From Dicyema japonicum (lineage: Eukaryota > Animalia > Dicyemida), in NCBI GenBank assembly GCA_011109175.1, contig RDEW01000074.1:101473-155190 (forward strand): 53,718 nt of DNA. The letters run 5' to 3'. Position 1 is the stretch's first letter; the number at the start of each line of letters is the position of its first letter. Shown one piece after another: positions 35,691 through 49,299 of this stretch. Both the position numbers and the translations under genes were made by a program. The notes under the pieces were generated by a model, which worked only from the letters and a program-made list of their open reading frames with translations, did no database searches and had not been told where the DNA came from.

Positions 35691-36002
35691 TTGATTTGCT
35701 TCTTTTTTAAGGTCTCCAAAATTTTGGAGCACCAATGTTATCCATTTACGTTGCTTCGTTGTGTCTTTATGGATTTTGAGTTCGGTCCCGTTCCATTTCC
35801 GACAAGCTTCGTCAAATTACTCATTTCCAGCGAACCCCAATATGTGATGAAGACTTACAGTGTCAAATTTGCAGCTTGAGAGACGATAGACGGGTACGCA
35901 ACCTCCAGCTCCGATCTTAGACCGACACCCCAAAATCCAGAGGGATGCTTACATTGCTTCCAACCAAGTTCGTCAAAACGGACGTTAATTAGTGACTCAA
36001 AG

Positions 36003-36066
36003 TTACTTAAATAAAGTGCGTGTATTGCCTATGCGAGCTATAAATATTATGGCTCTATTATTATAT
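36003..36066 (+). mobile_element. Isolated RTE/SINE-type 3' terminus
   Basis: TTACTTAAATAAAGTG..GCCTATGCGAGCTATAAATATTATGGCTC then TATTATTAT. Confidence 0.7.
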
Positions 36067-37349
36067 TAGATGGTCTTGAGTTCATTTAGCCACATATAAT
36101 TTTTCAACTGACACAGTCGGGATCGCAGGAAGTGATTCTTTAAAAGATTCCTTGATAGAAAAAAAGTCGGTGTTTGGATAATAGACATTTATTAGCTCTG
36201 ATTTGTTGACATTAATGTACAAGCACCAATTTTTTAAAGCAAGTAACGCTCACCATTTCGATGGCGTAGAGCAAAGACGGCAGCAAAAGACATCATCATA
36301 AGGGTACATTGTCTCACTCTTTGAAGGAAAAAGGTTTGCTTTGTCACAACCTGATAGCTCCTGCAATTTATCTAATTTCCCTCTTAAGTGAAGGATATGT
36401 ATTAAGAATGATTTGACCCTAAAATGTCATTTGTACCTCATTTTCTGAATTAACAACCGATTCTGACTCGGGGACCAGCTTGATTTGATCCCTATAGATC
36501 ATTTTGCGGAAGTGAATTTTCTTTTTTGAAATCCGAACAAGTTCTAAACCCATGTCATTTATACCTTTGTAGAAATGACACGTGCCGAAAAAATTTATCA
36601 ATATTTCGAACAGATATGCAAATTAGTTAATTTACAATTTAGATATGGAATCTTCAAGAGGAAGTAACTCAGATTGCTCAACTTATATCCTTGTCAATCG
36701 AGGTTTTGCGAATTTGTTGCTTTCAAGATAAATTTTAGATACTATTTCAGTGATGAATAACCCAATATATAAGCGATAGTGAGACTAAAGAGTTATTTAA
36801 ACTCTCCAGTTACGTCATAGTGGAGGATACTCAAAATAAAATTATGTCCCTCGCTGGGTATTTGGTATAAGTTCAAAACTGAGATGATTTAAGCATCACA
36901 AGTCAGAAGTCACACATGTAGGATATGATAATAACAAAGTCTAATTTTATTCATTAATAACCCGAATCAGTTTACCTAAAACCTAACCCCCGGAAATTTG
37001 TCGTCTAGTGAAATTTTAGTCATCCAAAGTGGAATGAAAAACTTCAGATATATATAGACTCCCATTTTCACATTCATTGACTATTTGAAATTAAAAACTA
37101 AACCTCTTCCAATGAAATAATTGTTATTTCGGAATACTAAGTTTCAAATTCAATATTTCCGCCGAAATATTATCAAACGAAGAGTACAACATCTTCAAAT
37201 TCAAGTATTTGCACAAACTCTTTACCGATTTTCATTTCTTCGTTTACTTTAAGATTTAACTGATATTCATAATATTTAACATTCGCCGTTTTCTTTGTTG
37301 TTTCAAAAATTATTATAATATCCTCTGAGTAATAGATTTATAACTAGAT

Positions 37350-37800
37350 GGTTTAGTTTAACATTTAACTCACTGCAAATGTAGTTATTGCCTCATTGAA
37401 GTCCCACATCCCCGTTCTTCTAGAGTACTAAACAAGAGCCTTTACCAGACAGCAAATAGGGCATACTCATTTGCCCTGTATATTTCTACATTTACTAGTG
37501 TTTGTTTCTCTGCCCATTGACACATTCTCTTTGTTCTCATAAAATTTTCAGAGATAAGGCCAAAACGTCCATATATTCTCTAAGTTTGCTATTTATGCAC
37601 TTCGTCATTAGCATTTACAATGGAGGGAGGTTATTGGGCGTAATTCCTTTGGCGATTTCGGGTATTCAAATTTTGGTATCAGAGAGATAACTCCAATGTA
37701 AAACCAATCACCGGGGATACTTACCCCATGTATGACTCTCATCATTTGATCCTGAAGTGAGATTAGCTTATACCAGCTAGGGACATACAATTGATACCTG
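37350..37800 (-). mobile_element. R4/Dong-like RT N-terminal fragment
   Basis: IPGDWFYIGVISLIPK..PKELRPIT..ISEN..TKRMCQ.A. Confidence 0.75.
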
Positions 37801-38443
37801 TTAAATCCCTTTTCCACATAGGCGTCGTCATAAAAACCCAAGAGCCGTCTTTTAGAATTCAGATCGTCTTCCAATACTGTCGTTTTGTGTGTTACGCACA
37901 GCGTCGTAGGCCGAGTCAACCCCACTGAAATGAAATATAGTCTCGGGAAGAATGTGGTTGAAAAGAATACACAGGTTTCCAGTATTCTCCATCCCAGAGA
38001 GGACATTAGAAAAGTGGCTTTGCATTTTCTGGGCCGCTTGTCCTCGTCAAAGATGGCCCTGCTGTCGGGATGAGTGAGAACCCATTGCTTGTCCCCATAT
38101 TGGTGGATTCTATGTCACTCAAAATACTACCCAGAGGAAAGACTCTCCCAGTCGATAAGTTAGGAATAGTCTGCTGGAGGAATTAAATGTTGTTCCTGAT
38201 GTAGACAAAGGCGTCCAGTTTGTCAAAATCACAGTGGGATAGATCACACATAACAATGTGAGGAGCATTCTCTTTCCTGAAATGACTCAAAAAAATTACC
38301 AAAGGGAGCCTCACACTAATTAAAGACACAGAACCGCGTATTATAACCACGTGTCCAGATATCTATATTATCCAGTGGAGTTACCCCATTTTGTTTCATC
38401 CTTTAATATTTGCTTTTAAATATTATTCCGTATGATCGACTCA

Positions 38444-38661
38444 ATGATCCAATGGCCACCAAGGATCCACGTGAGACTGGATGGTTTTGAGATAGTCATT
38501 ATCAGAGGAAGCAGCATGACATTCAAGCTCACTAAATTAAGTGCTCTTTTACAATGATCCAATGGACACCAAGGATCCACGTGAGACTGGATGGTTTTGA
38601 GATAGCCATTATCAGAGGAAACAGCATGACATTCAAGCTCACTAAATTAAATGCTCTTTTA
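38444..38661 (+). repeat. Tandem duplication (2 x about 110 bp) of a CRE 3'-end fragment
   Basis: AATGATCCAATGG..GATCCACGTGAGACTGGATGG.. occurs twice; translates DPRETGW..IIRG. Confidence 0.8.
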
Positions 38662-38664
38662 ATT

Positions 38665-38935
38665 TTTTAATAATATTAACACCAGAGATCACGGTTACAC
38701 AAATCACGTGATCTCAGCACGCTCTAGCAGGGACCTCATCTTGGCCCGATGCTCCTCCCTCGACCCCACACAAGCACGTCGAGTGACTAGACCTTCGCAG
38801 TCACGACGGCGAGTTTCATGGTTCACTCGTGTCAAATCTTCAAGAGGCATTGGTGGCATGAACTCTCCAGAAATCCAGCGTTCCGTGATTTTGGATGCTC
38901 TTTTCCGGCTAACCTCGATCTTCAAGACATTCGTC
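38665..38935 (-). mobile_element. Jockey/I-like LINE 3' end
   Basis: ITERWISG..RACVGSREEHRAKMRSLLERAEIT* parallels the C-terminus of 33111-34058. Confidence 0.8.
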
Positions 38936-39189
38936 CAAGAGAATAAAAGTAAAATTAAAAAAAATTATTAAATTTTATTGACTATTTCTTTATTATACAA
39001 ATGAAAAGATATTTCGATGTGAAATCTTTCGAGCAAGGTTCGCTAGAGGTTTGTCTCTTGATCCGCATGAATAGTTATGATTTTTTCCCACCATTTTTAT
39101 TGTTTGCTTAACTAAGATTAATCGAGTTTGAAAATTAATTATTGTCTTTACTAATATTATCCACTTTTCTGGAGGCTTTAATGACTCCT

Positions 39190-39360
39190 AGAAGAACTTT
39201 TCCATGAAGATACGGGATTACCACATTGCAAACAAATTTGAAAACTGAGGAACATTTGGCCATTAGGTAAGGCAATATGCTCAAACACGACTACTTGTAG
39301 AGACGTAATAAGGTAGTCAGGTCTAACCATTACTTTACTGAAACACGTATGGGATATCAC
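39190..39360 (+). mobile_element. R4/Dong-like CCHC knuckle fragment
   Basis: C..KTEEHLAIR.GNMLKHDY..R.NKVVR, resembling KTVDHLAT.C..ML.HDY..RHNEVVR. Confidence 0.65.
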
Positions 39361-40341
39361 ATTGGGTATTACTCATCATCAAGTGCGGTTATAAACAGTG
39401 GAGGCAGGCATAAACGAAAGTACGCTTTTTCGTACCAAATTAAACATAATAGATTCGTACGTGGGATTGCATCGTTACTAAATTCCACAGGGACACTTCA
39501 GACGGTTGTAAGTATTCGCCAAATGGTGGGAATGTACTCCATTTGGAATTAAAAAGTGAAATGTTAAGATAGATTTGACGATCGCTATTTAATCGCTACT
39601 TACGAGTACATAAGCGCTAACCAGTTAATAGTCTCCTGAATAATTGATGGCTTTAATACTATTCTATATGCAGCCAGTCACAAAGAGGTGTTATAAAACA
39701 TGAATGCTAATTACCAGTTCTGCCAAATTAAGTAATATTATGGCTATAATACAAATTATTGACAGAAATTAACTAGACAGTGAAAAGCGAGCAAATAAAA
39801 CTTTTATTCTGATAGGTAGATTGACCCTCGTGCCCCAAAATGGATGGTCAACATTAGTGGGTATTATAACTCTAAATATGAGTGTGATTATCACCCAACA
39901 TTTGCGTCTAATCTTCCCAAATATTACTTGTACGTTGTCATTACCTACGAAAGAATAAGCTTGTCGGGAATTTGGGAGATAAAAGTATCCTCAATTACTC
40001 CAGATTTTGACTTTATAAATAATTAATTTCTAGGTTTTAGAAATTACATCATATGAAAAGGTTGACAAGCGTCAAAACTCAAAATCTTATTATCCGATCT
40101 CTGGTGGACCTAAGATCTGAACAAGTATGCCAGTCATAATGATCTAACATTTGAACAATTGCTTATCTCAATAAAAGTTTATGCAAGCTAAGTTAAATAT
40201 AACAATTTTTCTTCTAAGGTTCTTGAAAAGTATTAATGAACATCATAATTTTTTTTGTGTTTAAAATTTGATTGTCGTTATTGATTGACTATTTTCGTTA
40301 TTGATTTACGAGTGTCGTTATTGATAGGAAAGTCCCATATA

Positions 40342-40650
40342 CAGTAAAGTCTCTCGAATCCGCCAATTTCAGGGATCGGCAAAATCTGGCGGATTCGAGA
40401 AACTTATCGATATTTTCATCCATTATTAATGTAAATCAAACAAATTATTTATGTTTTGATTTGTTTCTTTCTAGAGTTCGGCAATTCAATAGACTCAAGA
40501 TTTTCGACATTAAAGAATTTTTATGATTATATAATTCTTTTAATTTATTTAAGGTTACAACTTTCTGACTTTCTTCAAGGGGTTCTTCACTATCAATTTT
40601 TTGTTCTATTTTCTCCTTTGCTGCAAGTCTTGTGAAATAGTTCTTAATCG
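40342..40650. mobile_element. pogo/Tigger-like transposon end with palindromic terminus
   Basis: TA|CAGTAAAGTCTCTCGAATCCGCCA...TGGCGGATTCGAGAAACTT (40342-40405). Confidence 0.55.
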
Positions 40651-40654
40651 CAAT

Positions 40655-41530
40655 GGGGTGGATTCACCCATTGGGTTTTTTGAAAGAAAGTAGTTTTGCG
40701 AAAAAGAGCAATTCTCTGTCATATTCTGGGATGTCACCGTTAACCATTTTTCTGATTAGGTCCGTAATTGATTTGACATGATAGCATCCAGCTTCCGAGG
40801 TGTAAGTGGAAGTATGGCCCTTAATATGGCCAGGACATAACCCTTCCAAGCTTCTGTGGCGCACTTCGGATTCGGTAATGCTTATCTCCGAGGTTCCTTC
40901 AAGATTCAAAAACTTTTCATAGTCAATCCGTGCATCTGAGTGCTTCAGTATTAAGGTATTCAAAACCTCNACTTTCCAAGCTTCCGTGGCGCACTTCGGA
41001 TTCGGTAATGATTATCTCCGAGGTTTCTTCAAGATTCAAAATCTTTTCATAGTCAATCGGTGCATCTGGATGCTTCAGTATTAAGGTATTTAAAACCTCG
41101 GAGGTACAAAACAATACTGTCTAATCGGACGTGATAACTCGCAAGGCTTCTCGCACGTCACCCTCCAGAAGTTTCCGGTTTACTCTCTCCTGTAGTTTGC
41201 TGGGGACATCTTTGGCGTATGCTCCACTGGTTACGACTTCACTGACATTAAATTGCTGTTCGAGTATTGCGTGTTATGACTGCTAAAATTCATTATGTTT
41301 CGTTTCAGTTTCCCGGATAAGTTGAGCCGGGAGTTTGTTTCTTTATTATTGTCCTCAGATTCTTGTGTAAGTATTCCGAGTGCGACAGATGCAAATCATA
41401 TAAGTTTTAGCCAGGATTCCTAACTGTCAGAAGACAGTGCGTGATTACTAGCATTTGAAAAACACGAAGCTGCAGCTATTCGTACACCTTTAGGGTTTTT
41501 GGCTTTCAAATGTTTATCTTTATTGTTTTA
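40655..41530 (-). mobile_element. CRE element, N-terminal/RT-entry portion, decayed
   Basis: PKGVRIAAASCF..SWLKL, RVNRKLLEGDVREALR..TLILKHP, GDIPEYDRELLFFAKLLSFKKPNG align with the N-terminal part of ORF 8097-10418. Confidence 0.82.
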
Positions 41531-41569
41531 AAATCCAAGATCAACAAGAAAGAAAGTATTAACTCGCTA

Positions 41570-42530
41570 AATTAAGTGACCCCAGTTTTCAACATCTCTC
41601 GAATTCTTTTCGAATGGTACGCCAGTGAACCAAAAGCATTCCTGAAGTGTCTTCTTTTATTTCTGCAAGGAGTTCTATCGGAATGCACTCTTTTAATGCC
41701 AATCTGAATTCCACCGCATGAACCGCCTTCTCTCTAAATGGGTTTTCCTAGCTCCTTGCAAATTCGTAGGAAACCCTGGCTATTTCTCACTGTCGCCTCC
41801 TCTGAAAAAAGACTCTGGATGGATGTAGAGTCTGATTGTATATGTCCTATGATCTTCTTTCTGAGAGAGTTTATACGCTCGACCCTCGTATGGGCAATAT
41901 CGGATCTCCAAGTAGAACAAACATATTTAATTTTCGACACAACAACTTCAAGATATAATTTGCTGATAAAAGCAGTAGGTGAGAAGGGGCTCTTATTTAT
42001 GATTGCTTTCAAGACGGTCCATTTTCGTAGATCCTTGGTTAACACTTCCTCTGTGTGACTGGAGAATGTCATAAGAAAATCGAATGTCAGTCCAAATATC
42101 TTCTGGATTCGCCTATAAGGAATGAGAATGTTTCCGTGGAATATTTCAAGTCCACCTTTAAATCTTATGTCTGTATAAATAGGGTAAACTGGGACTTGGA
42201 TGCAAACACAGACAGCAAATTCACCTTGTGGGACCCCATTATGGAGTAGTCTTGATTTTGAAGTTATTTTTCCAATTCGGACTTTTCCACGTGGGCCATT
42301 TAAGAAATTTTCCAGCCATAGCATGATGTTCAGATGTAANAGACTTGGATGCGAACACAGACAGCAAATTCACCTTGTGGGACCCCATTATGGAGTAGTC
42401 TTGATTTTGAAGTTATTTTTCCAATTCGGACTCTTCCACGTCGGCCATTTAAGAAATTTTCCAGCCATAGCATGATCAGATGTAAATTTGAATTAAAAAT
42501 CTTTTTTGTTAGAAGAGTCCTCAAAACAGT
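41570..42530 (-). mobile_element. Jockey/I-like LINE RT to 3' end, internally deleted
   Basis: WLENFLNG.RG.V..LHNGVPQG, IFGLTFD, KYVCSTW; terminus GGGTCACTTAATTTAG. Confidence 0.85.
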
Positions 42531-42857
42531 CATAAATTCCCTATGATTTAAATTTTATTATCATAAGACTTAAATCATTGTAATTTTTACAATTCCTGTC
42601 GAAGAATAATTTTTTTTTAATTTTTATTGCTATAAAAAAGGTTTAATTTAATTTATAAAATATACAAATTATGTTAACACAGTATGTTCTGGTGATGTTT
42701 TTTCTAATATTGACAACACTGAAAGGATCTGAAGATTTAAAGGTTAAATTTATTATTAATAAATGAAAAGAAGACAGATAGATATGTTAAAATTGAAAAA
42801 AACCGACCACCAACGGCATATACACAACAACAGACAGTGACATAATATATACGTCAA

Positions 42858-44555
42858 CATGGCTGTTCCTCTTCTTTCCATGTTCTACTAGAGTGGTATA
42901 TCATGTGATCCACCTGTTTTATGCGGTATCCAGTTCCAGGACAAAACGATCATTTGTTCTCTCCTACTCCATCTGAGCAGTTCCCGTAACAGAAAGGGTA
43001 GCAAAGGTTCTTCACTTTCACAGGTTGTAGATGTACTTGAGTGGAATGTTGGAAGGTCTCCCCTTTTTCAGACCGTGGGAACTTGATAGCTGTTTACTAT
43101 TAATTTTTTCTCAGTCTCTCTGGGGTTGATAAATTAATAAACTGTTATAGTCAAAATAATAATAAAAAAACGTTCCATTACTAATTTTGGATTGAAGATG
43201 TGACACCGTTATCAGTGTTTCACCAGAGCGGGACTGGATTATCTAATGAGACTAGTTAGCATGACTATTCTTCTTAAAATGTGGGTCTTCCTAAGTTGAG
43301 ATTTAACTAATTTCTACTCCTCGACGACAGGGCTGTTGTTGTTGTCCACTCAATAATATTTTTGTCAGTGAACTGAATGCCAAAGTCAGTACTCACAGCT
43401 GCGTGAGGGAAACAACAACAAGTCACAGAATAGGCACTATCAGTCCGCCAACTGGCCTGGACTGTTCATCCCGGTACCCCTCTTTCCTGCTAATCATCCT
43501 TCTACTAGTTTTGGAAGTGACACATCCTAATTTCTATATTTTCCCTGACTGGCTTGACAAGTTTGTTCTCTTCCTCAGTCAGGCCTTTGTATAATTTATT
43601 TCCAAGTCATAGTTTGATAACCGCTCACCTTGTTTTCTCAAGTCGAGCGAGGATCCTCTCCCGCGAGGGGATCTAAAACCATCCCTCGCTTTCGTAGATA
43701 AGTNCATAATATATACATCAATATAGCTGTTCCTCTTCTTTCCATGTTCTACTAGAGTGGTATGTCATGTGATCCACCTGTTTTATGCGGCATCCAGTTC
43801 CAGGACAAAACGATCATTTGTCTTCTCCTACTCCATTTGAGCAGTTCCCGTAACAGAAAGGGTATCAAGGGTTCTTCACTTTCACAGGTTGTAGATGTAC
43901 TTGAGTGGAATGTTGGAAGGTCTCTTCGTTTCAGACCGTGGGAACTTGATAGCTGTTGACTATTAACTTTTTTTTCCAGTCTCTCTGGGGTTGATAAATT
44001 AATAAACTGTTATAGTCAAAATAATAATATAAAAACGTTCCATTACTAATTCTGGATTGAAGATGTGACACCGTTATCAGTGTTTCACCAGAGCGGGACC
44101 GGATTATCTAATGAGACTAGTTAGCATGACTATTCTTATTAAAATGTGGGTCTTCCTAAGTTGAGATTTAACTAATGGGAACATTTCTACTCCTCGACGA
44201 CAGGGTTGTTGTTGTTGTCCACTCATTAATATTTTTGTCAGTGAACTGAATGCCAAAGTCAGTACTCACAGCTGCGTGAGGGAAACAACAACAAGTCACA
44301 GAATAGGCACTGTCAGTCCGCCAACTGGCCTGGACTGTTCATCCCGGTAACCCTCTTTCCTGCTAATCAACCTTCTACTAGTTTTGGAAGTAACACATCC
44401 TAATTTCTATATCTTCCCTGACTGGCCTGACAAGTTTGTTCTCTTCCTCAGTCAGGCCTTCGTATAATTTCTTTCCAAATCATAGTTTGATCGCCGCTTA
44501 CCTTGTTTTCCCATGTCGAGAAAGCTGTAAAACCATCCCTCGCTTCCGTAGATAA
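42858..44555. repeat. About 860-bp direct duplication flanking a single N (probable haplotype overlap)
   Basis: 42858-43703 and about 43722-44555 are collinear with scattered differences; N at 43704. Confidence 0.85.
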
Positions 44556-44569
44556 GTTTTGTAAAAATC

Positions 44570-47000
44570 ACATTCCAAAAAACAAAAAGCATGGTATCAC
44601 CATCCAACTTTAGGCTCTAGTGCAGAACAATATTTGCACAACCTTTTTTCTCCGCTCTTCAATGTCCTTCAGACATGATCCTTTCCCATCAACTACAATT
44701 CTAAAATATTTCACGGACGAAACTCTCGGTTTGTGAAGAGTATAAGGATTTTCGTGATGCCTACCCAGCCTGCTTATCTGTAAATAACTGGACTTTTTTG
44801 TGGAGAATCTCAGAATTCTTCGATCACACCAATCCTGGACTCTGTTAACAAAAGCTCATATTCGCTGGTCTGAAAGGTATGTCCTCAAAGACTAATCCAA
44901 GATTAAAACGTCATCAGCGTATATCACCAGTTTGGTCCTGACGTCTATCGGTGACGGAAAATCTTCCATAAATACGTTGAATAAAATAGATTTTTGCAGT
45001 ACTCCTCTTTTAAACGATATACCATCAGAATATCTTCCACCGGTTACCACATAAGATATCCTCCCAGTCAAATAGTCTTTCAACCATAGGAACATTTGTT
45101 TAGATATCTTTGATCGTACAAGTTGACAAAGTAAGGCTTTGTGCCATACACTGTCGAAATGTCAAAACAAACAAGGCTTAGCTGACTTCTCTTTTCGGAT
45201 CCATTTATGATTTCGTGATTTAGTCAGTATATACAATTTCTACACGATCTTCCCGGACGAAAACCCATTGGTAAGATCGTAGAAAGTTACTCTCTTCCAT
45301 ATGATGATTCAATCTTTTGAATACAATCCGTTCCATAATCTTTGATATAGAACATGTAAGGCTTATTGGTCTATAAGTAAAAGGATCCTTCCTCGACTTT
45401 CCATGTTTAAGGATTATCTTCACAATAGAACGCTTCCATAGCGAAGAAACATATCCGAGCTTAAAACTCGAGTTATACAATTTTTGTAGAACAGATAGTA
45501 GTTCATCGGACTTTTCTTTAAACATAATCATTGGACTGCTGTCGAATCCAGGAGCCTTGTACTTGCACTTGCGTATAGCAGTTCTGACTTGAGCCAGAGT
45601 GATATCCTCTCCCAGACTTTCCATTACGCCCATAAAGTAATCCATAAAATTAAGTATCTCCTCTGAAAACTTCTCAGGTATAATACTAAGCGGATTAACT
45701 CCCTGCATATCCTCGAGTTGCTTCTTGATCACCGAAGAAACTCTTTCCAAAGGAATTGTCCTTCCTTTATGATCGACCAGCACAATACTCTTCGCCTTTA
45801 AATTTCCATTAGCAAGCCTTCTGTACATTTTCCAGAAACAAGGATTTTTCCAGTTAACCTTTGAGGCTGCATTTTTCAATTTATCGTCCGCAACTACTTT
45901 CCATGTTCTTACCAGTAATTTTTGAATCACAGAAATTTTGCTTTTCAGAGTTGTCCTGTCCCACAAATCCACACTGCTTCTAAGCTTAGCCTTCAGACTA
46001 TTTTTCTCGCGAATAAGATTCCGTATCATTGGTGGGTATGACTGCTTCTTGTTCGAAACACTCTTGGAATAGACCTTTTTTCCATACAATTGCAGATACA
46101 TCATCATAATACTAGACAGTTCCCAGTTAAAAACGTCCAACTCCTTAGGTGTAGAAAAATAATTAGTCCTCATTCGTAAGGTCTTCGACAAATAACAACG
46201 ATTATGCCTCCAGTCTATCGACGAGATTTCATAATGGATGAAAATATCTTCAACAATATTCGGTTCCAGGTTTATAATCGCTCTCTATATCCTAAAGTAT
46301 TCTAGGTCTGTCCACATGATCTAGAAGTTGTGGAGACACTAGGACCAATCCCAGCATATCACCGCCATAGTGTGAGAAATGGTTAGGTTCCTCAGACGTC
46401 AAGACTTCAATTCTAATCTCGCTAACCAGATCTGTTAAGAGTCGCCCATCCCCGTTGTTTTTGCAACATCCGTAACTCGTATTCTTAGCATTCAAGTCTC
46501 CTACCAAAATCGACATCGGGTTTCTTTCAAAGAACTCAACAATTTTCGCAGAAGATCGGGCCAAGTCCTAAGAGTATAATCCTCCCACGCTTGTCCATGT
46601 CCTTCCACATTGTACATCGACGGACACAAATTCCGAATCGGCGGCCAATAAAATAGAATCGTTTCGTGTTTGCAATTCTTTAAGGAAAAAGATCGAAGTC
46701 CCTGTCCCAGTCACTGCTCCATCCTTCCACGGGATGTCCACCGAGTCATATCCTTGTATACTATAATATCTTCCGTGTTTAATTTTTGTCGTGAGGAAAA
46801 NCCACATTGTACATCGACGGACACAAATTCCGAATCGGCGGCCAATAAAATAGAATCGTTTCGTGTTTGCAATTCTTTAAGGAAAAAGATCGAAATCCCT
46901 GTCCCAGTCACTGCTCCATCCTTCCACGAGATGTCCACCGAGTCATATCCTTGTATATTATAATATCTTCCGTGTTTAATTTTTGTCGTGAGGGAAGCCT
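44570..47000 (-). mobile_element. APE-RT LINE (Jockey/I group) ORF2, nearly complete but fragmented
   Basis: APE LVGDLNAKN..G..; RT KAPGFD..WKRSIV..YRPISLTCSISKIMERIV (323-aa frame at 45220-46191), FDSVW, VIYADD. Confidence 0.92.
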
Positions 47001-48053
47001 TCACGGGAAGCTATGTAAAAGGAGAAGTCTGACTGGTACTTTACTTGCTAATTTCTGCCAAGAATAATTTATTTATCTACAACAATGTCTTTATGAACTC
47101 AGCAAAAGACAAGCCACGTGGTGAAGCACAGTATTATTTATGATGACCAAGTAATTAAATATTAACATATTACTGCGCTATGAAAAACCATATTCGCCGT
47201 GGCTCCTCTCAGACAAAACACATACTTCATTTAAAGTACAATTATCACAAGTAATCGATGAGGGAGAATCAAGAAATACTCTTTTTTTGTTGGTGTGATT
47301 CCTTCTGTAGACGATCCGGGCAGATCCACTAGTCGAAGAAGTCAATCGTCAAGCCTAAGAATAGTAGATCTTGGAACTGTCAGCCGGAATGTACAGCAGC
47401 GAGATTCAAACGAGATTCCATCNCGAGGGAGAATCAAGGAATGCTCTTCTTTTTGTTGGTGTGAGTCCTTTTGTAGACGATCCAGGCAGATCCACGAGTC
47501 GAAGAAGTCACTCGTCAAGCCTAAGAATCGTAGATCTTGGAACCGTCAGCCGGAATGTACAGCAGCGAGATTCAAACTAGAGTCCATCAGGCCTCATGGT
47601 AAAGAGACATCGACAACTTTTCTATAAACTTAGCAACTCAAAAATCATGAGATCGGATTCAAAAAAAGTCATCACGACATCAGAGTATGCCATTTTAACA
47701 AATACAAAAATGATTCATCTTCAAAAAACAAAATCACCGGTCGACCACTTTACGTTCTAAATGAGAGATCTTTTATGTAAAATGTGGAAATTGTCAGTCC
47801 AATGAGAGATCTTCCATCTAACTTATTCACCGATTTATAGAATGATAGTTAAATGCGATATTTTTAGCGATAAATTGGAAGAGCATCAATTAAACCGAAA
47901 TATAAGTATTTGGAAGAGTTTTTGTTATTTCAAAACTTTTATATGCAACAGGAATTTCTCATAAACTTCACATAATCTGCTAACAGATTATTATTTGCAC
48001 ATCCACCAGTCGAAGGAAATAGTCCCTCGAGTCATTCATGCCACACCTCAGAT

Positions 48054-48163
48054 NNNNNNNNNNNNNNNNNNNNNNNNNNNNNNNNNNNNNNNNNNNNNNN
48101 NNNNNNNNNNNNNNNNNNNNNNNNNNNNNNNNNNNNNNNNNNNNNNNNNNNNNNNNNNNNNNN
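48054..48163. other. Assembly gap
   Basis: Run of N. Confidence 1.
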
Positions 48164-48179
48164 CTCTCACGTGGGCCTT

Positions 48180-48380
48180 ATTAAATGCCTGTTATCTTAC
48201 TGAAACACCATGGACCCATTTCGATTGATTCAATCACACAGATTATAAACTATTCAATAAGCATGAATATCATTCCAAATATTTGGAAACTGTCCCTTAT
48301 ACGCCAATCCTTAAATCTTCCAAGCCTAAGATCAATTCTGCAACATTTCGGCCAATCTCTTAACTTATCGAAATTATCAT
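48180..48380 (+). mobile_element. Jockey-like RT N-terminal fragment
   Basis: LLKHHGP..SITQIINYSISMNIIPNIWK. Confidence 0.65.
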
Positions 48381-48654
48381 GTGGTTCGCCTTGTCTGGTG
48401 GCGTCAGATACAAGTCAAAACTGTATCCAAAAAAACCATTTGTCAACTACCATCCAGAGAAGTTCCCCCTGGACGGTCTTCCTACACATCCGGGCACTTT
48501 TCCGGTGGAGACTCGTAATGTCAAGAGAATGCACAGGGACGCAGTCGTAACACTGAGAAAAAATGTTGAAGGTGGCTGGGATGACCTGAAATTTTGTTTA
48601 TTTTGGATATGACGGTAGGTTTTGGTTCAATAAATTAATGTAATTAAATTAACA

Positions 48655-49200
48655 CAGCCAACCATCCAAAGTGGACCCCGCCTAGATTATCGACGCTGAA
48701 TTGCCTCTCACAATTGCAACAGAGATCAACTGGAGAAGCCATCGGGTCTCACGTGCGTCGTGGCTGTTTAGTGTAGATAGGAGTCCGATTTTCCACTTAT
48801 TCCTCACGTTGTCTCGACCACAATGAAATAGAAAGTGATCCCGTCGTGCAATGCTGCACATATTAAACTCATTGCCCGACGGGATCACAATTTTCCCATT
48901 TGAAAAGGNTTTTAAAAAACTTTAACCATGTTTTTCTTATTTATTTTTATTTTTTATGCTTAACATTTTATTTAACAATAACCGCTACGCGACCGATTCG
49001 CGCCGATTGTGGTCGAGACAACTGGAGGAATAAGTGGAAAATCGCTTCGCTTCCTAAAGAAACTTGGACACTTAGCTACATTAAAAAGCCACGACGCACG
49101 TGAGACCCGGTGGTTTCTCCAGTTGATCTCTGTTGCAATCGTGAGAGGAAACGCAATGTCGATAATGTCGGCGGCATCCACCTTGGATGGATAGCCGGAT
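48655..49200. mobile_element. Two diverged CRE 3'-end copies in inverted orientation
   Basis: 48655-48825 is the reverse complement of about 49004-49195 with substitutions and an indel; both encode HDARETRW.LQLISVAIVRGN. Confidence 0.85.
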
Positions 49201-49299
49201 TAATTAATTATCTTAAATATTTCCATTAATAAAAAATTGAATACTTTTTTTTAAAAATTCTCTAAAAGAATATTTTTTTCCGAAATTCGATATTCAGAA

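Noticed and set aside
42858-43100. Possible CLC-2-like fragment inside the 860-bp duplication
   Set aside because: Only faint resemblance (GQNDH, LPF) across several frames; not supportable without a search.
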